Shown in pieces: positions 7,976 to 15,230 of a stretch of DNA of 20,632 nt. Within the stretch, counting starts at the first letter, position 1; each line of letters starts with the position of its first letter. The DNA comes from Promethearchaeia archaeon (lineage in GTDB: Archaea > Asgardarchaeota > Lokiarchaeia > Sigyniarchaeales > SOKP01): assembly GCA_046483985.1 (NCBI GenBank), contig JAWOCD010000063.1, positions 1 to 20,632 of the forward strand, read 5' to 3'. The notes below the pieces were generated by a model that had not been told where the DNA came from, did not search any database, and saw only the letters and a program-made list of their open reading frames with translations. Both the position numbers and the translations under genes were made by a program.

Positions 7976-8032
7976 TACTTCATAGGTAGGAAGTTACTTC
8001 ATTACTTCCCTCTGGAAAATATAAATACTTCC
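7976..8032. promoter_or_regulatory. Cluster of TACTTC(C) repeats, one forming the palindrome GGAAGT-T-ACTTC, in the divergent HxlR/ABC intergenic region; candidate operator
   Basis: TACTTC at 7976-7981, 7995-8000, 8003-8008 and 8026-8031. The inverted copy GGAAGT at 7989-7994 abuts the second repeat. A TATA-like ATTTATATAATAAAAATATATATTATAA follows at about 8033-8060, upstream of the ATG at 8082. Confidence 0.4.
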
Positions 8033-8081
8033 ATTTATATAATAAAAATATATATTATAATTTTTACGGAGTTGATTAAAA

Positions 8082-8231
8082 ATGGGATCTAAAAAAGAAT
8101 CACACGAATGTGAATGTGGCAAACCAGAAATTCGGAAGTCATTTAAAGAAGGATGTTGTTCGGATGAGCAAATTGTTAAATGTCATGGACAAGAATATTT
8201 AAATCGATCAAAACCCAAGGAGAGCGAATAA
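8082..8231 (+). CDS. Unlisted 49-aa Cys/His-rich small protein, stop overlapping the ABC ATPase start (TAATG)
   Basis: Hand translation: MGSKKESHECECGKPEIRKSFKEGCCSDEQIVKCHGQEYLNRSKPKESE. It has 5 Cys and 2 His in residues 8-35 (HxCxC, CC, CH). Stop TAA at 8229-8231 shares its last A with the ATG at 8231 of the ATPase. It is too short for the 60-aa ORF track. Confidence 0.5.
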   Translation: MGSKKESHECECGKPEIRKSFKEGCCSDEQIVKCHGQEYLNRSKPKESE

Positions 8232-9202
8232 TGTCGACCTCTACCGGGGAAATTGCGCTTGAAGCGTTTAATTTGACAAAAAAGTTCGGAGCTCTAACTG
8301 CGGTCAATGATGTTTCATTCAAAATTAATAAGGGAGGAATTGCGGGAATATTAGGTCCGAATGGAGCTGGAAAAACTACCACAATTCGATTGATTACGGG
8401 AATATTTCAGCTAAAAAACAATTCTAAAGTCGAGATATATTCTAAGGATCTAACTTCTAATCCAAAAGAGTTAAAAAAAGAATTTGGCATCGTTCCTGAA
8501 GTGAGTAATGCATATTCGGATTATACGGTTTGGCAGAATCTGGTTTTCTCAGGTACGCTGTATGGATTGTCGAAAAAAGAGATAAAAGACCGCGGGAAGA
8601 TACTATTGAATCGTTTTGAACTCACTGATAAAATAAATGCTAAAATGAAAACTCTTTCAAAGGGCTTGAAACAACGCGTTAATTTATGCTTAGCGCTTTT
8701 ACATGAACCGTCAATTCTTATTTTAGATGAACCCACGAGTGGGTTAGACCCTTTCTCTGTTTCAATTGTTCGCAATCAAATTCTTGACCTTAAGAAAGCA
8801 GGGAAAACCATCTTGATAACCACTCATGACATGCAAGAAGCCCAACAAATCTGTGATCGAATACTGATAATGAACCACGGAAATATTATCGCCGATGAAA
8901 ATCCCGATGATTTACGCAAAAATTTCAAGCCCACCTCAACCTTAATTTTTAAAGTTCAAGGGGGCATCTCGAAGGAGCACAAACAAGACCTTAGTTCCTT
9001 TTTTAAAGCAATTAAGGAAGATAAAGACGAAATAAGGGTTATCAGTGAAAATCCTCTTGAAGATACATCAAAATTTAACGATTATGCGAAAACAAATGAC
9101 ATAAAGATTCAAAATTTTGCCTTAAAAGAAACTTCTTTGGAGGAAGTGTTCATTCATTTAGTAAAGGTTGACACAGAATCTAAAAATAAGGAGGGGATGT
9201 AG
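8231..9202 (+). CDS. ABC transporter ATP-binding protein (ABC-2/DrrA-CcmA-like exporter type)
   Basis: Walker A GPNGAGKTT, Q-loop, signature LSKGLKQR, Walker B ILILDEPTSGLD, H-loop TTHDM. The ATG at 8231 (MSTSTGEIALEAFNLTKKFG) is preferred over the track's start at 8180 because of domain boundaries and the TAATG coupling. Confidence 0.9.
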   Translation: MSTSTGEIALEAFNLTKKFGALTAVNDVSFKINKGGIAGILGPNGAGKTTTIRLITGIFQLKNNSKVEIYSKDLTSNPKELKKEFGIVPEVSNAYSDYTVWQNLVFSGTLYGLSKKEIKDRGKILLNRFELTDKINAKMKTLSKGLKQRVNLCLALLHEPSILILDEPTSGLDPFSVSIVRNQILDLKKAGKTILITTHDMQEAQQICDRILIMNHGNIIADENPDDLRKNFKPTSTLIFKVQGGISKEHKQDLSSFFKAIKEDKDEIRVISENPLEDTSKFNDYAKTNDIKIQNFALKETSLEEVFIHLVKVDTESKNKEGM

Positions 9203-9203
9203 A

Positions 9204-10022
9204 ATGAATTTAAATATGAATTTAGACTCTATGAAAAATATTTGGATGTTAACGAAGAAAAATATAACTCTGTACGTTAAAAAAGGCCCTGTCTTAATCT
9301 TTGGGTTGATGTTTCCCTTTTTCATGGTATTGTCATGGATCTTGGGCAGACAAATTACTCTAAGTCAAATTTTCGTAGGTATTGTTTCAATGACCTCTTT
9401 TTTTACCGCAACCGCGATTAGCCCGGTCATATTGCCAATAGAAACACGGGAAAAATCCTTGGAACGCTTGTTGGGTGCCCCAATCACACTAATAGAGATC
9501 TTATCCGGCATTATCATTGCCTCAACGGTCTACTCCGTCATAATTACATCGCTTATTGCCGTTATCTTTTTAATCCCCATTTTCGCGTTAATTGCCTCAC
9601 CATTATCATTATTCTTAATTTTCGTTGGAATTTCACTGATGGCTGTTTTGGGTTCTATAATTGGGCTTTTCGTTTCGGCTAAGCCAACCGATCAAACATC
9701 AGATATAATGGTTCTTGTGAATCTCGTGAAATTTCCCTTGTTATTTATCGGGGGCGTGTTTATCCCTCTTACAGCAGTGCCGGGTTCGGTAGCAATTATC
9801 TATCTTTTATCGCCAGTGACTTTTCTTACAGAAATTCTAAGGAACAGTGTCCGTGAACCAACGTTAATTCCATTGGAAATGAGCCTAATAGGGTTAATCA
9901 TTTGGACCATCATGGCATTCATAGTAATGTTTTACGTCCAGAAAAAAACCATGGTAAAAAGATTCTCGGAAGCTGGCAGAGAGAATAAAAAAAAGAAAAA
10001 AATGAAAAAGATGATGAAATAA
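9204..10022 (+). CDS. ABC-2 type transporter permease (6 TM), Lys-rich C-terminal tail
   Basis: ATG at 9204 is preceded by AGGAGGGG (9189-9196), 1 nt after the ATPase stop. It is multi-TM and hydrophobic throughout, with the usual ABC-2 size and position after its ATPase. It ends NKKKKKMKKMMK. Confidence 0.75.
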   Translation: MNLNMNLDSMKNIWMLTKKNITLYVKKGPVLIFGLMFPFFMVLSWILGRQITLSQIFVGIVSMTSFFTATAISPVILPIETREKSLERLLGAPITLIEILSGIIIASTVYSVIITSLIAVIFLIPIFALIASPLSLFLIFVGISLMAVLGSIIGLFVSAKPTDQTSDIMVLVNLVKFPLLFIGGVFIPLTAVPGSVAIIYLLSPVTFLTEILRNSVREPTLIPLEMSLIGLIIWTIMAFIVMFYVQKKTMVKRFSEAGRENKKKKKMKKMMK

Positions 10023-10188
10023 CCACCCATTTTAATCAATCTTTCAAAATAGATCATTAAGGTGAAGAAAAATAAACAATAAAAAGGCGATCTGGAAGAA
10101 TATAAAGGCTCAAATAGACGCCTCAGGAGAGCGAATTTTCAAAAAAGATCTCCTCAAAACTGAAGAGTTCAATATCGTTCTCGTATAT

Positions 10189-10392
10189 TTGGGTAAAAAT
10201 CAAGAAATCCCCCCTCATCCTGAATCCTATGCGGTATTTTTTTTAATTTTAGAGGGATCTGGGACTTTTACAAAAAAAGACGGGGAACATTCGCTACAAA
10301 AAAATGATACCCTCTATTATAAGAAAAATGGACTTAGAGGGATTCGAAGTAACAAGAAACTAATTTTACTGGGAATCCAAGAACCACATTGA
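10189..10392 (+). CDS. Cupin-fold protein; start unresolved (frame open from 10066 with no canonical start before TTG 10189)
   Basis: ..FNIVLVYLGKNQEIPPHPESYAVFFLILEGSGTFTKKDGEHSLQKNDTLYYKKNGLRGIRS.. follows the cupin_2 pattern (l.pG..ip.H.h....v.+vleG.g.f......l..gD......g..h.i). The domain clearly begins upstream of TTG 10189 (KNIKAQIDASGERIFKKDLLKTEEFNIVLVY). That upstream part has no ATG, GTG or TTG. The metal-binding His positions are mostly replaced. Confidence 0.5.
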   Translation: MGKNQEIPPHPESYAVFFLILEGSGTFTKKDGEHSLQKNDTLYYKKNGLRGIRSNKKLILLGIQEPH

Positions 10393-10400
10393 TGTAAGAG

Positions 10401-10427
10401 GGGGAAGGTTCTTGGAAGACGAACCCC
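10401..10427 (+). terminator. GC-rich stem-loop after the cupin stop, followed by a T-run
   Basis: GGTTC (10407-10411) pairs with GAACC (10421-10425), extended by GG/CC. TTTCTTTTTTT follows about 15 nt downstream. This marks the end of the plus-strand operon. Confidence 0.3.
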
Positions 10428-10902
10428 ATAAAAAGTTTAAATTTCTTTTTTTAGATAGATATTTTGTCTTTTGCTATAATAATTTTTAATCATGCTTCTT
10501 TTCAGACTTAAGGGTAGATATGATTAAAGTTGCTATCAATTAGAAAAACCGGAATTATAAAATGTAAAAAACTTATGCAAAAGACTATAATATGAATTAT
10601 ACCGAAATAATTATTTTAGCCTTTTACTCTTATCATAGATTCTTTTACAATCTTCGTAACTTTTGGTTTAACTAAGAAAAAAGAGAGTTTTATTGAAACA
10701 TATGAACCAAATCGGGAGTTATTGTGGAAGTGGTCAAGTATTTTTTCTTATACTGGGATGGTTGGTCGGAAATGCGGTGTCTTATTTTATCAATTTATCC
10801 AAAGAATAAAGGATAATGGTTTCATGTTGAACATTTGTTCTCCCAATATTTTTTCTCGTATTTCATATTTGTCCTTTTTCAATATAATCTCTACTCAAGT
10901 CC

Positions 10903-12672
10903 TTAAAATGGAAAAAACAATAAAATTATAGGCACCCCGACAACAACGAGAATAATCTCGATGAAAATGCCCAACCGCCAATAATCAGTAAACTTAAGAC
11001 CACTTGGACCCATTACTAATACATTTGAATGATGTCCGATGGGCGTTAGGAATGGAGCGGAGGCACCTACCAAGACTGCAATAAGAAATGGATCAATCGA
11101 TACTCCGAGCATTGTTGCAGTGGTAATTGCTATAGGAGTCATTATAATCACATCAACATTATTTACAATATTCGCTAATAGAGTAGTGATAATTAAAATG
11201 ATAATAAGCGCAAGAAGGGGGGAAGTAATACCAGAATCCAATATTAAGGAAGTGATAAGTTCGGATCCGCCGGTAACTTCTAAAGCCGTACCAAACGGGA
11301 TTAATGCCCCGAGTAAAATAATTACTGGCCAATTTATACTTTTGTACGCTTCTTGTAATGTAACAACTTTAAAAACGATCATCGCTAACGCGGCAATAGA
11401 GAATGCAATATGAACGGGAAGAATATTGAGTGTTGTGATAACCACCGCGCCAACAAAGATGACAAGTGCAATGTAGAGGTTACGAGACTTTCCGAATTCT
11501 AATTTTCTCTCAGCCAAGGGTAAACATCCGAGTTCTGAAATAGTCTTATTTAAAATATCTTTACGACCTTGAATCAATAATACATCTCCCACCTTTATTT
11601 CAATATCTTTTAGCCTTGTTATTAAATTTTCTTCACGACGAGAGATGGCAAGAAGATTTATGCCATATGTATTAAAGAGATCAATAGACTTTACAGTTTC
11701 CCTGTTCATAATTGAATTGGGGCCAACTACAACTTCTAAGATTTCTACTTTTTCAGATCCTAATATATCTTTTCCAAATTCTCGCTTTTCACTAAGCTCA
11801 ACTCCCGTTTCATCAACTAAAATCCTAAGATCATCAGGATGCCCTTTAACAATAAGGATATCATCTTTCCGTAGTGTTTTTAAGGTAGAAGGCGCTTGAA
11901 TCCTCTTCTCTCCACGGATAAGAGTTAGTATTTTTATCTCCGCCGAGGTAATTTCTGAAATATCATAAATTCTTTTTCCGAGAATTTTACTTTTTTCAGG
12001 TACCCGTATTTCCGTAAGATATTTATTAACTTGTGAAAGATATCCCTCTGTATTGGGAACTTTTCGTTGCGGAATGAGGCGCCAACCCCCAAGTGAAATA
12101 AATAAAATACATATAAGGGCAATTCCTAGTCCAACAGCGGTGAAATCAAACATATTAAAAGCACCCAGACCGCTGCTTTCTCTGAAGGAAGAGATAATAA
12201 GATTGGGCGGTGTTGCGATTAATGTGAGCCATCCTCCGAATTGTGAACCAAAAGCCAGTGGCAGAAGGAATATTGCGGGATGTTTATCATTATTTTTTGC
12301 CAAACGGATCGTTATAGGCATGAGGAGTACTAGAGCGCCGATATTATTCATAAATGCAGATAATAATGTAACAATGAATAAAATTACCAAAATCTGGATG
12401 AATGTATTGTTGTTAAGTTTTGAGAGCAATTTAGAGATGATATCTGTGAGCCCCGAGCTATTTAAACCATTCGAAACCACTAAAATAGCCGCCACGGAGA
12501 TAATTGCCGGATGAGAAAAGCCACTAAACACTTGATCAAAATCCAAGATTCCGAGTGCTGCAATAAAAAGTAAGCCCATCAAGGCAACCACATCGTAACG
12601 CCAATAATCCCAGATAAAAAGCGTTAACATTACGAGGAGTACAATAAACACAATTATCATATCTATGAACAT
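10903..12672 (-). CDS. SLC13/DASS-type (CitMHS-like) anion permease with two central TrkA-C (RCK_C) domains
   Basis: 589 aa. N- and C-terminal multi-TM halves (..FSGFSHPAIISVAAILVVSNGLNSSGL.., ..GASAPFLTPIGHHSNVLVMGP..) flank two soluble repeats (LTEIRVPEKSKILGKRIYDI.. and ILEVVVGPNSIMNRETVKSIDL..GDVLLIQG). The repeats are typical of TrkA-C domains. Confidence 0.8.
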   Translation of the reverse strand: MFIDMIIVFIVLLVMLTLFIWDYWRYDVVALMGLLFIAALGILDFDQVFSGFSHPAIISVAAILVVSNGLNSSGLTDIISKLLSKLNNNTFIQILVILFIVTLLSAFMNNIGALVLLMPITIRLAKNNDKHPAIFLLPLAFGSQFGGWLTLIATPPNLIISSFRESSGLGAFNMFDFTAVGLGIALICILFISLGGWRLIPQRKVPNTEGYLSQVNKYLTEIRVPEKSKILGKRIYDISEITSAEIKILTLIRGEKRIQAPSTLKTLRKDDILIVKGHPDDLRILVDETGVELSEKREFGKDILGSEKVEILEVVVGPNSIMNRETVKSIDLFNTYGINLLAISRREENLITRLKDIEIKVGDVLLIQGRKDILNKTISELGCLPLAERKLEFGKSRNLYIALVIFVGAVVITTLNILPVHIAFSIAALAMIVFKVVTLQEAYKSINWPVIILLGALIPFGTALEVTGGSELITSLILDSGITSPLLALIIILIITTLLANIVNNVDVIIMTPIAITTATMLGVSIDPFLIAVLVGASAPFLTPIGHHSNVLVMGPSGLKFTDYWRLGIFIEIILVVVGVPIILLFFPF

Positions 12673-12728
12673 TTTATCATCTGTTAGTGGGATTATTTGT
12701 GATTATATAATAAACTGATAAAGACTAT

Positions 12729-13988
12729 TTAAAACAAGGGTAATGAATAAAAGATAATAATTGATAACACGCTAGAGAACAATAGAAAAATCGTAATAGA
12801 TTGATAGGAGACCAAATGGAGAAAATATTTTTTCTTATTTTTTTGCTCGTTTAAGGCCTTGAGGGACCAAAAGATTTTATTTAAGATAGCGGCTGCAATG
12901 CCAAGAGCTAACAAAATCATCGCTTGCCCACTAGTTATCAAACCACTCATATAACTTCCCGCTACAAATAAAGAAGACGCTCCACCTGAAAACAATCCAA
13001 TTAAAAAAGCTACAATTGCAAATGATAAAACATCTTCTACTAAGAAATATTCTAATAAAAGTATCAATAAAAGCGCACATGCATAGGTTCCGGTGAATAT
13101 TATGGCGCTTTTTAGAGATACTGGGTTTTTTAATTTATCAAATTCTAAGTTTGTTTTTTTATTTCTTAGGATTATAAATGATCCAAGTAAACCTACCGTC
13201 GCTGTTAAGAGAATCGGAATAAATGCATATGTTAATAAGGCTATAGCTCCCAATAAAAGAATTAATATCATTCGAATTAACATAGTCTGAATAACCAACC
13301 AGATAGAGGAAGAAGAAGCCCCTACTTTCGCAAGCTGAGCTGTTGTAGCTTCACTATGAGCAAAACCCCCTAATAAAGAGATATAATATAAATTATGCTT
13401 AGCCGAATACTGTAATAGGAAATAACTAAAATATTTTATAGCCAAAATAGTGATAAAGATGACTACTATAGCTTCCAATTCGATATTTGCAATCGTAATC
13501 CCCTCTGGTATTAAAATATATAATAAGACCACAATCGCAATAAACTCGACAGTCCCCGTCCATTCTATCCTGTGTAATTTTCTTATCTTGTAAAATTGCT
13601 TTTTTGTTGATAACACTATAAGAAATATAACGGATATCACAATTGCCAAAGTATAATTATAATAGGATAGAATTCCAACCATCATGGCTAAAATCATTGA
13701 TAAAGTCGTGGTATATCCTGCATCTTCTTCATGAAATAATCGATACACACTTCCAATTAGAAGGAAACTCACCATTCCACCAAAAGTTATTATCAAGATC
13801 CAAATAGCTTCGCCTTGAAAATATCTTTCAAAAAGGATAATTAATATGGTTGCTATAACTGAATAAAAAATATGATCTCTGGCTCCATATTGAGCTCTCT
13901 GTCTGGTTCTTTCAATTCCGATGATAAATCCGCAAAAAAACGAAATAATTACCGTAAAAAATAAGCTGTAAAGTTCAAGTTGAGACAT
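12729..13988 (-). CDS. MgtC/SapB-like N-terminal domain fused to a DUF4010-type polytopic membrane domain
   Basis: 419 aa and highly hydrophobic. The N-terminus ..FFCGFIIGIERTRQRAQYGARDHIFYSV.. resembles the MgtC motif (G.ERe.....aG.Rt). Its length and architecture match the common MgtC+DUF4010 proteins. Confidence 0.55.
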   Translation of the reverse strand: MSQLELYSLFFTVIISFFCGFIIGIERTRQRAQYGARDHIFYSVIATILIILFERYFQGEAIWILIITFGGMVSFLLIGSVYRLFHEEDAGYTTTLSMILAMMVGILSYYNYTLAIVISVIFLIVLSTKKQFYKIRKLHRIEWTGTVEFIAIVVLLYILIPEGITIANIELEAIVVIFITILAIKYFSYFLLQYSAKHNLYYISLLGGFAHSEATTAQLAKVGASSSSIWLVIQTMLIRMILILLLGAIALLTYAFIPILLTATVGLLGSFIILRNKKTNLEFDKLKNPVSLKSAIIFTGTYACALLLILLLEYFLVEDVLSFAIVAFLIGLFSGGASSLFVAGSYMSGLITSGQAMILLALGIAAAILNKIFWSLKALNEQKNKKKYFLHLVSYQSITIFLLFSSVLSIIIFYSLPLF

Positions 13989-14068
13989 AATCGTATTACT
14001 TCCTTATATCCTTCATATTTTATATATCTTTTCTTAGAACTTTTTCGATACGATTTCTACTCTATTCC

Positions 14069-14140
14069 TCAAAAATTCCATATAAAAAGAGCTAACATAA
14101 CTATAAGTACAATAAACACAATTATCATTTCTACAGACAT
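14069..14140 (-). pseudogene. Ghost 5' end of an SLC13-type permease (23 codons + stop), paralogous to the start of the 10903..12672 gene
   Basis: Minus-strand ATG at 14140. MSVEMIIVFIVLIVMLALFIWNF* compares with MFIDMIIVFIVLLVMLTLFIWDYW at 12672-12601. My hand count is 57 of 72 nt identical, including a 22-nt perfect block (GTACAATAAACACAATTATCAT at 12639-12660 and 14107-14128). Similarity ends at the stop. Confidence 0.6.
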
Positions 14141-14196
14141 AGGTTCTAATGAAGTTCCATCATCTCTCAAATAAGGGCTCACCGGGCACCTTTTCC

Positions 14197-14352
14197 TTAA
14201 TCAGAACTTTTGCTTCCTTTATCTGTGATATTCATACCAGAAAAAAGCTGTTCCCGCGCGTATAAACGCTCCATCATCTCTTCAAACTCCATTTCATCGG
14301 GGTGTTTTCGAAGAACCGATGCAGTGTCGTCCTTTTTCTTTTCAGAAGTCAT
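14197..14352 (-). CDS. Candidate 51-aa hydrophilic small protein (hypothetical)
   Basis: Hand translation: MTSEKKKDDTASVLRKHPDEMEFEEMMERLYAREQLFSGMNITDKGSKSSD*. It is charged, helix-prone and slightly GC-richer than its surroundings. There is no clear RBS and it is too short for the track. It partly competes with plus ORF 14319..14504. Confidence 0.25.
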   Translation of the reverse strand: MTSEKKKDDTASVLRKHPDEMEFEEMMERLYAREQLFSGMNITDKGSKSSD

Positions 14353-14555
14353 ACCTAAATATAGACTATGAACCGAAATTAAAAAATTTTGAGAGTCGAT
14401 ATATTATGAAAGAAGAGGGGTTCTTATTGGTTATTGGCGGAAAGGTGGAAAATAATTATACCGTCCCTGATACAACCCTCTATGATATCGCTGCTGACGA
14501 TTGATATAGCAGCGAGAACGGAGATTTAACTCTTATGCCGCATATTTTCCTTGAA

Positions 14556-15014
14556 TTAACTCCTCTCAATCCTTAAATATTGTTTCTGTTTTATATACAC
14601 TCTATTAACACGAGCTTCCCGCGCTTTTTTTCGCAACTCATAATCGTTCGTGGCTAAATAGATCTGTTTTTGATTGAATGTTTCTTGAAGATATTTACAC
14701 CTTTCTAATAAAAAATCATCAATAGGTTGAGTTTTTTTCCTCTTACTGGTTTTAATTGTTATAGGATATTGTTCCTGAAATCGTTCTAAAAAAGAGAGAC
14801 TTGCTTGTAATTCCCTTCTGAATCTGCTTCGATTATCCGCTCTCCGCCTCTTGGCTTCTAATTCATCCAAAACTCTTTTATATATGATAAAAACGGTATT
14901 TCCTTCTAACCGAAATTGGAGTTCCTCCAAAAAATTAATTTTATATTGTACCGGAACCATTAAAAAATTCGCATCCACGATAACAAGATTTTGATAATCT
15001 GCTCGAATATTCAT
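14556..15014 (-). CDS. PIN-domain protein of the archaeal Fcf1/Utp24-like type
   Basis: ..NLVIVDANFLMVPVQYKINFLEELQ...VLDELEAK....IDDFLLERC....IYLATNDYELRKKAREARVNRVYIKQKQYL follows the Fcf1-like PIN pattern (vvDtNfl......k.d...el......V..EL.......D..i......vvaTnD.eLr+++...gv.v+.l+). The ATG at 15014 has GAGGA upstream. The track's TTG at 15029 is less likely. Confidence 0.6.
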   Translation of the reverse strand: MNIRADYQNLVIVDANFLMVPVQYKINFLEELQFRLEGNTVFIIYKRVLDELEAKRRRADNRSRFRRELQASLSFLERFQEQYPITIKTSKRKKTQPIDDFLLERCKYLQETFNQKQIYLATNDYELRKKAREARVNRVYIKQKQYLRIERS

Positions 15015-15200
15015 ATCTTTTCCTCGCAAAAAATTGGGAAAAATTTTTAATGAACTACTATAATATTAATTATATTAATGATTTTATAATAAGTAAGAAT
15101 ATTGAATTTGTATTATTGAATTATAAGAAAAAATCTAAGTTTCTTTTTACCGAACTCTTAAGTTAATTTAATTGATAAAATTCTCGCTTACCAAATAAAA

Positions 15201-15230
15201 ATTGTCAAGATTTGTCAAAAATGTCAAAGA
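15201..15230 (+). repeat. Three tandem 10-nt repeats (ATTGTCAAGA / TTTGTCAAAA / ATGTCAAAGA) spanning the GTPase start codon
   Basis: Read directly from the sequence. The core TGTCAA(A/G)A recurs at exactly 10-nt spacing. The third copy contains the ATG at 15221. Confidence 0.6.

Noticed and set aside
7672-8775. Track ORFs 7672..7935 (+), 8176..8382 (-), 8521..8775 (-), and the 8180 start of the ABC ATPase
   Set aside because: These are antisense or out-of-frame overlaps with the HxlR and ABC ATPase genes. The N-terminal extension from 8180 (MSWTRIFKSIKTQGERI) overlaps the better-supported Cys-rich micro-ORF in another frame.
10428-10902. About 475 nt without convincing genes, including track ORF 10722..10931 (+)
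   Set aside because: I scanned both strands and found only very short ORFs. ORF 10722..10931 is Phe/Ile/Ser-rich, overlaps the permease 3' end and has no motif. I could see no structured-RNA-like GC island or repeat. It is probably a convergent terminator/spacer region.
11039-13290. Plus-strand and short minus-strand ORFs inside the SLC13 and MgtC-like genes (11039.., 11645.., 11934.., 12053.., 13093..)
   Set aside because: These are shadows of long, well-supported membrane protein genes on the minus strand.
13980-14174. Plus-strand 64-aa ORF
   Set aside because: It is antisense to the permease 5' ghost fragment, low-complexity and without an RBS.
14319-14504. Plus-strand 61-aa ORF
   Set aside because: It has no recognisable motif or RBS and starts inside the candidate minus-strand micro-ORF. 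Neither can be confirmed, and this one has the more random-looking composition.
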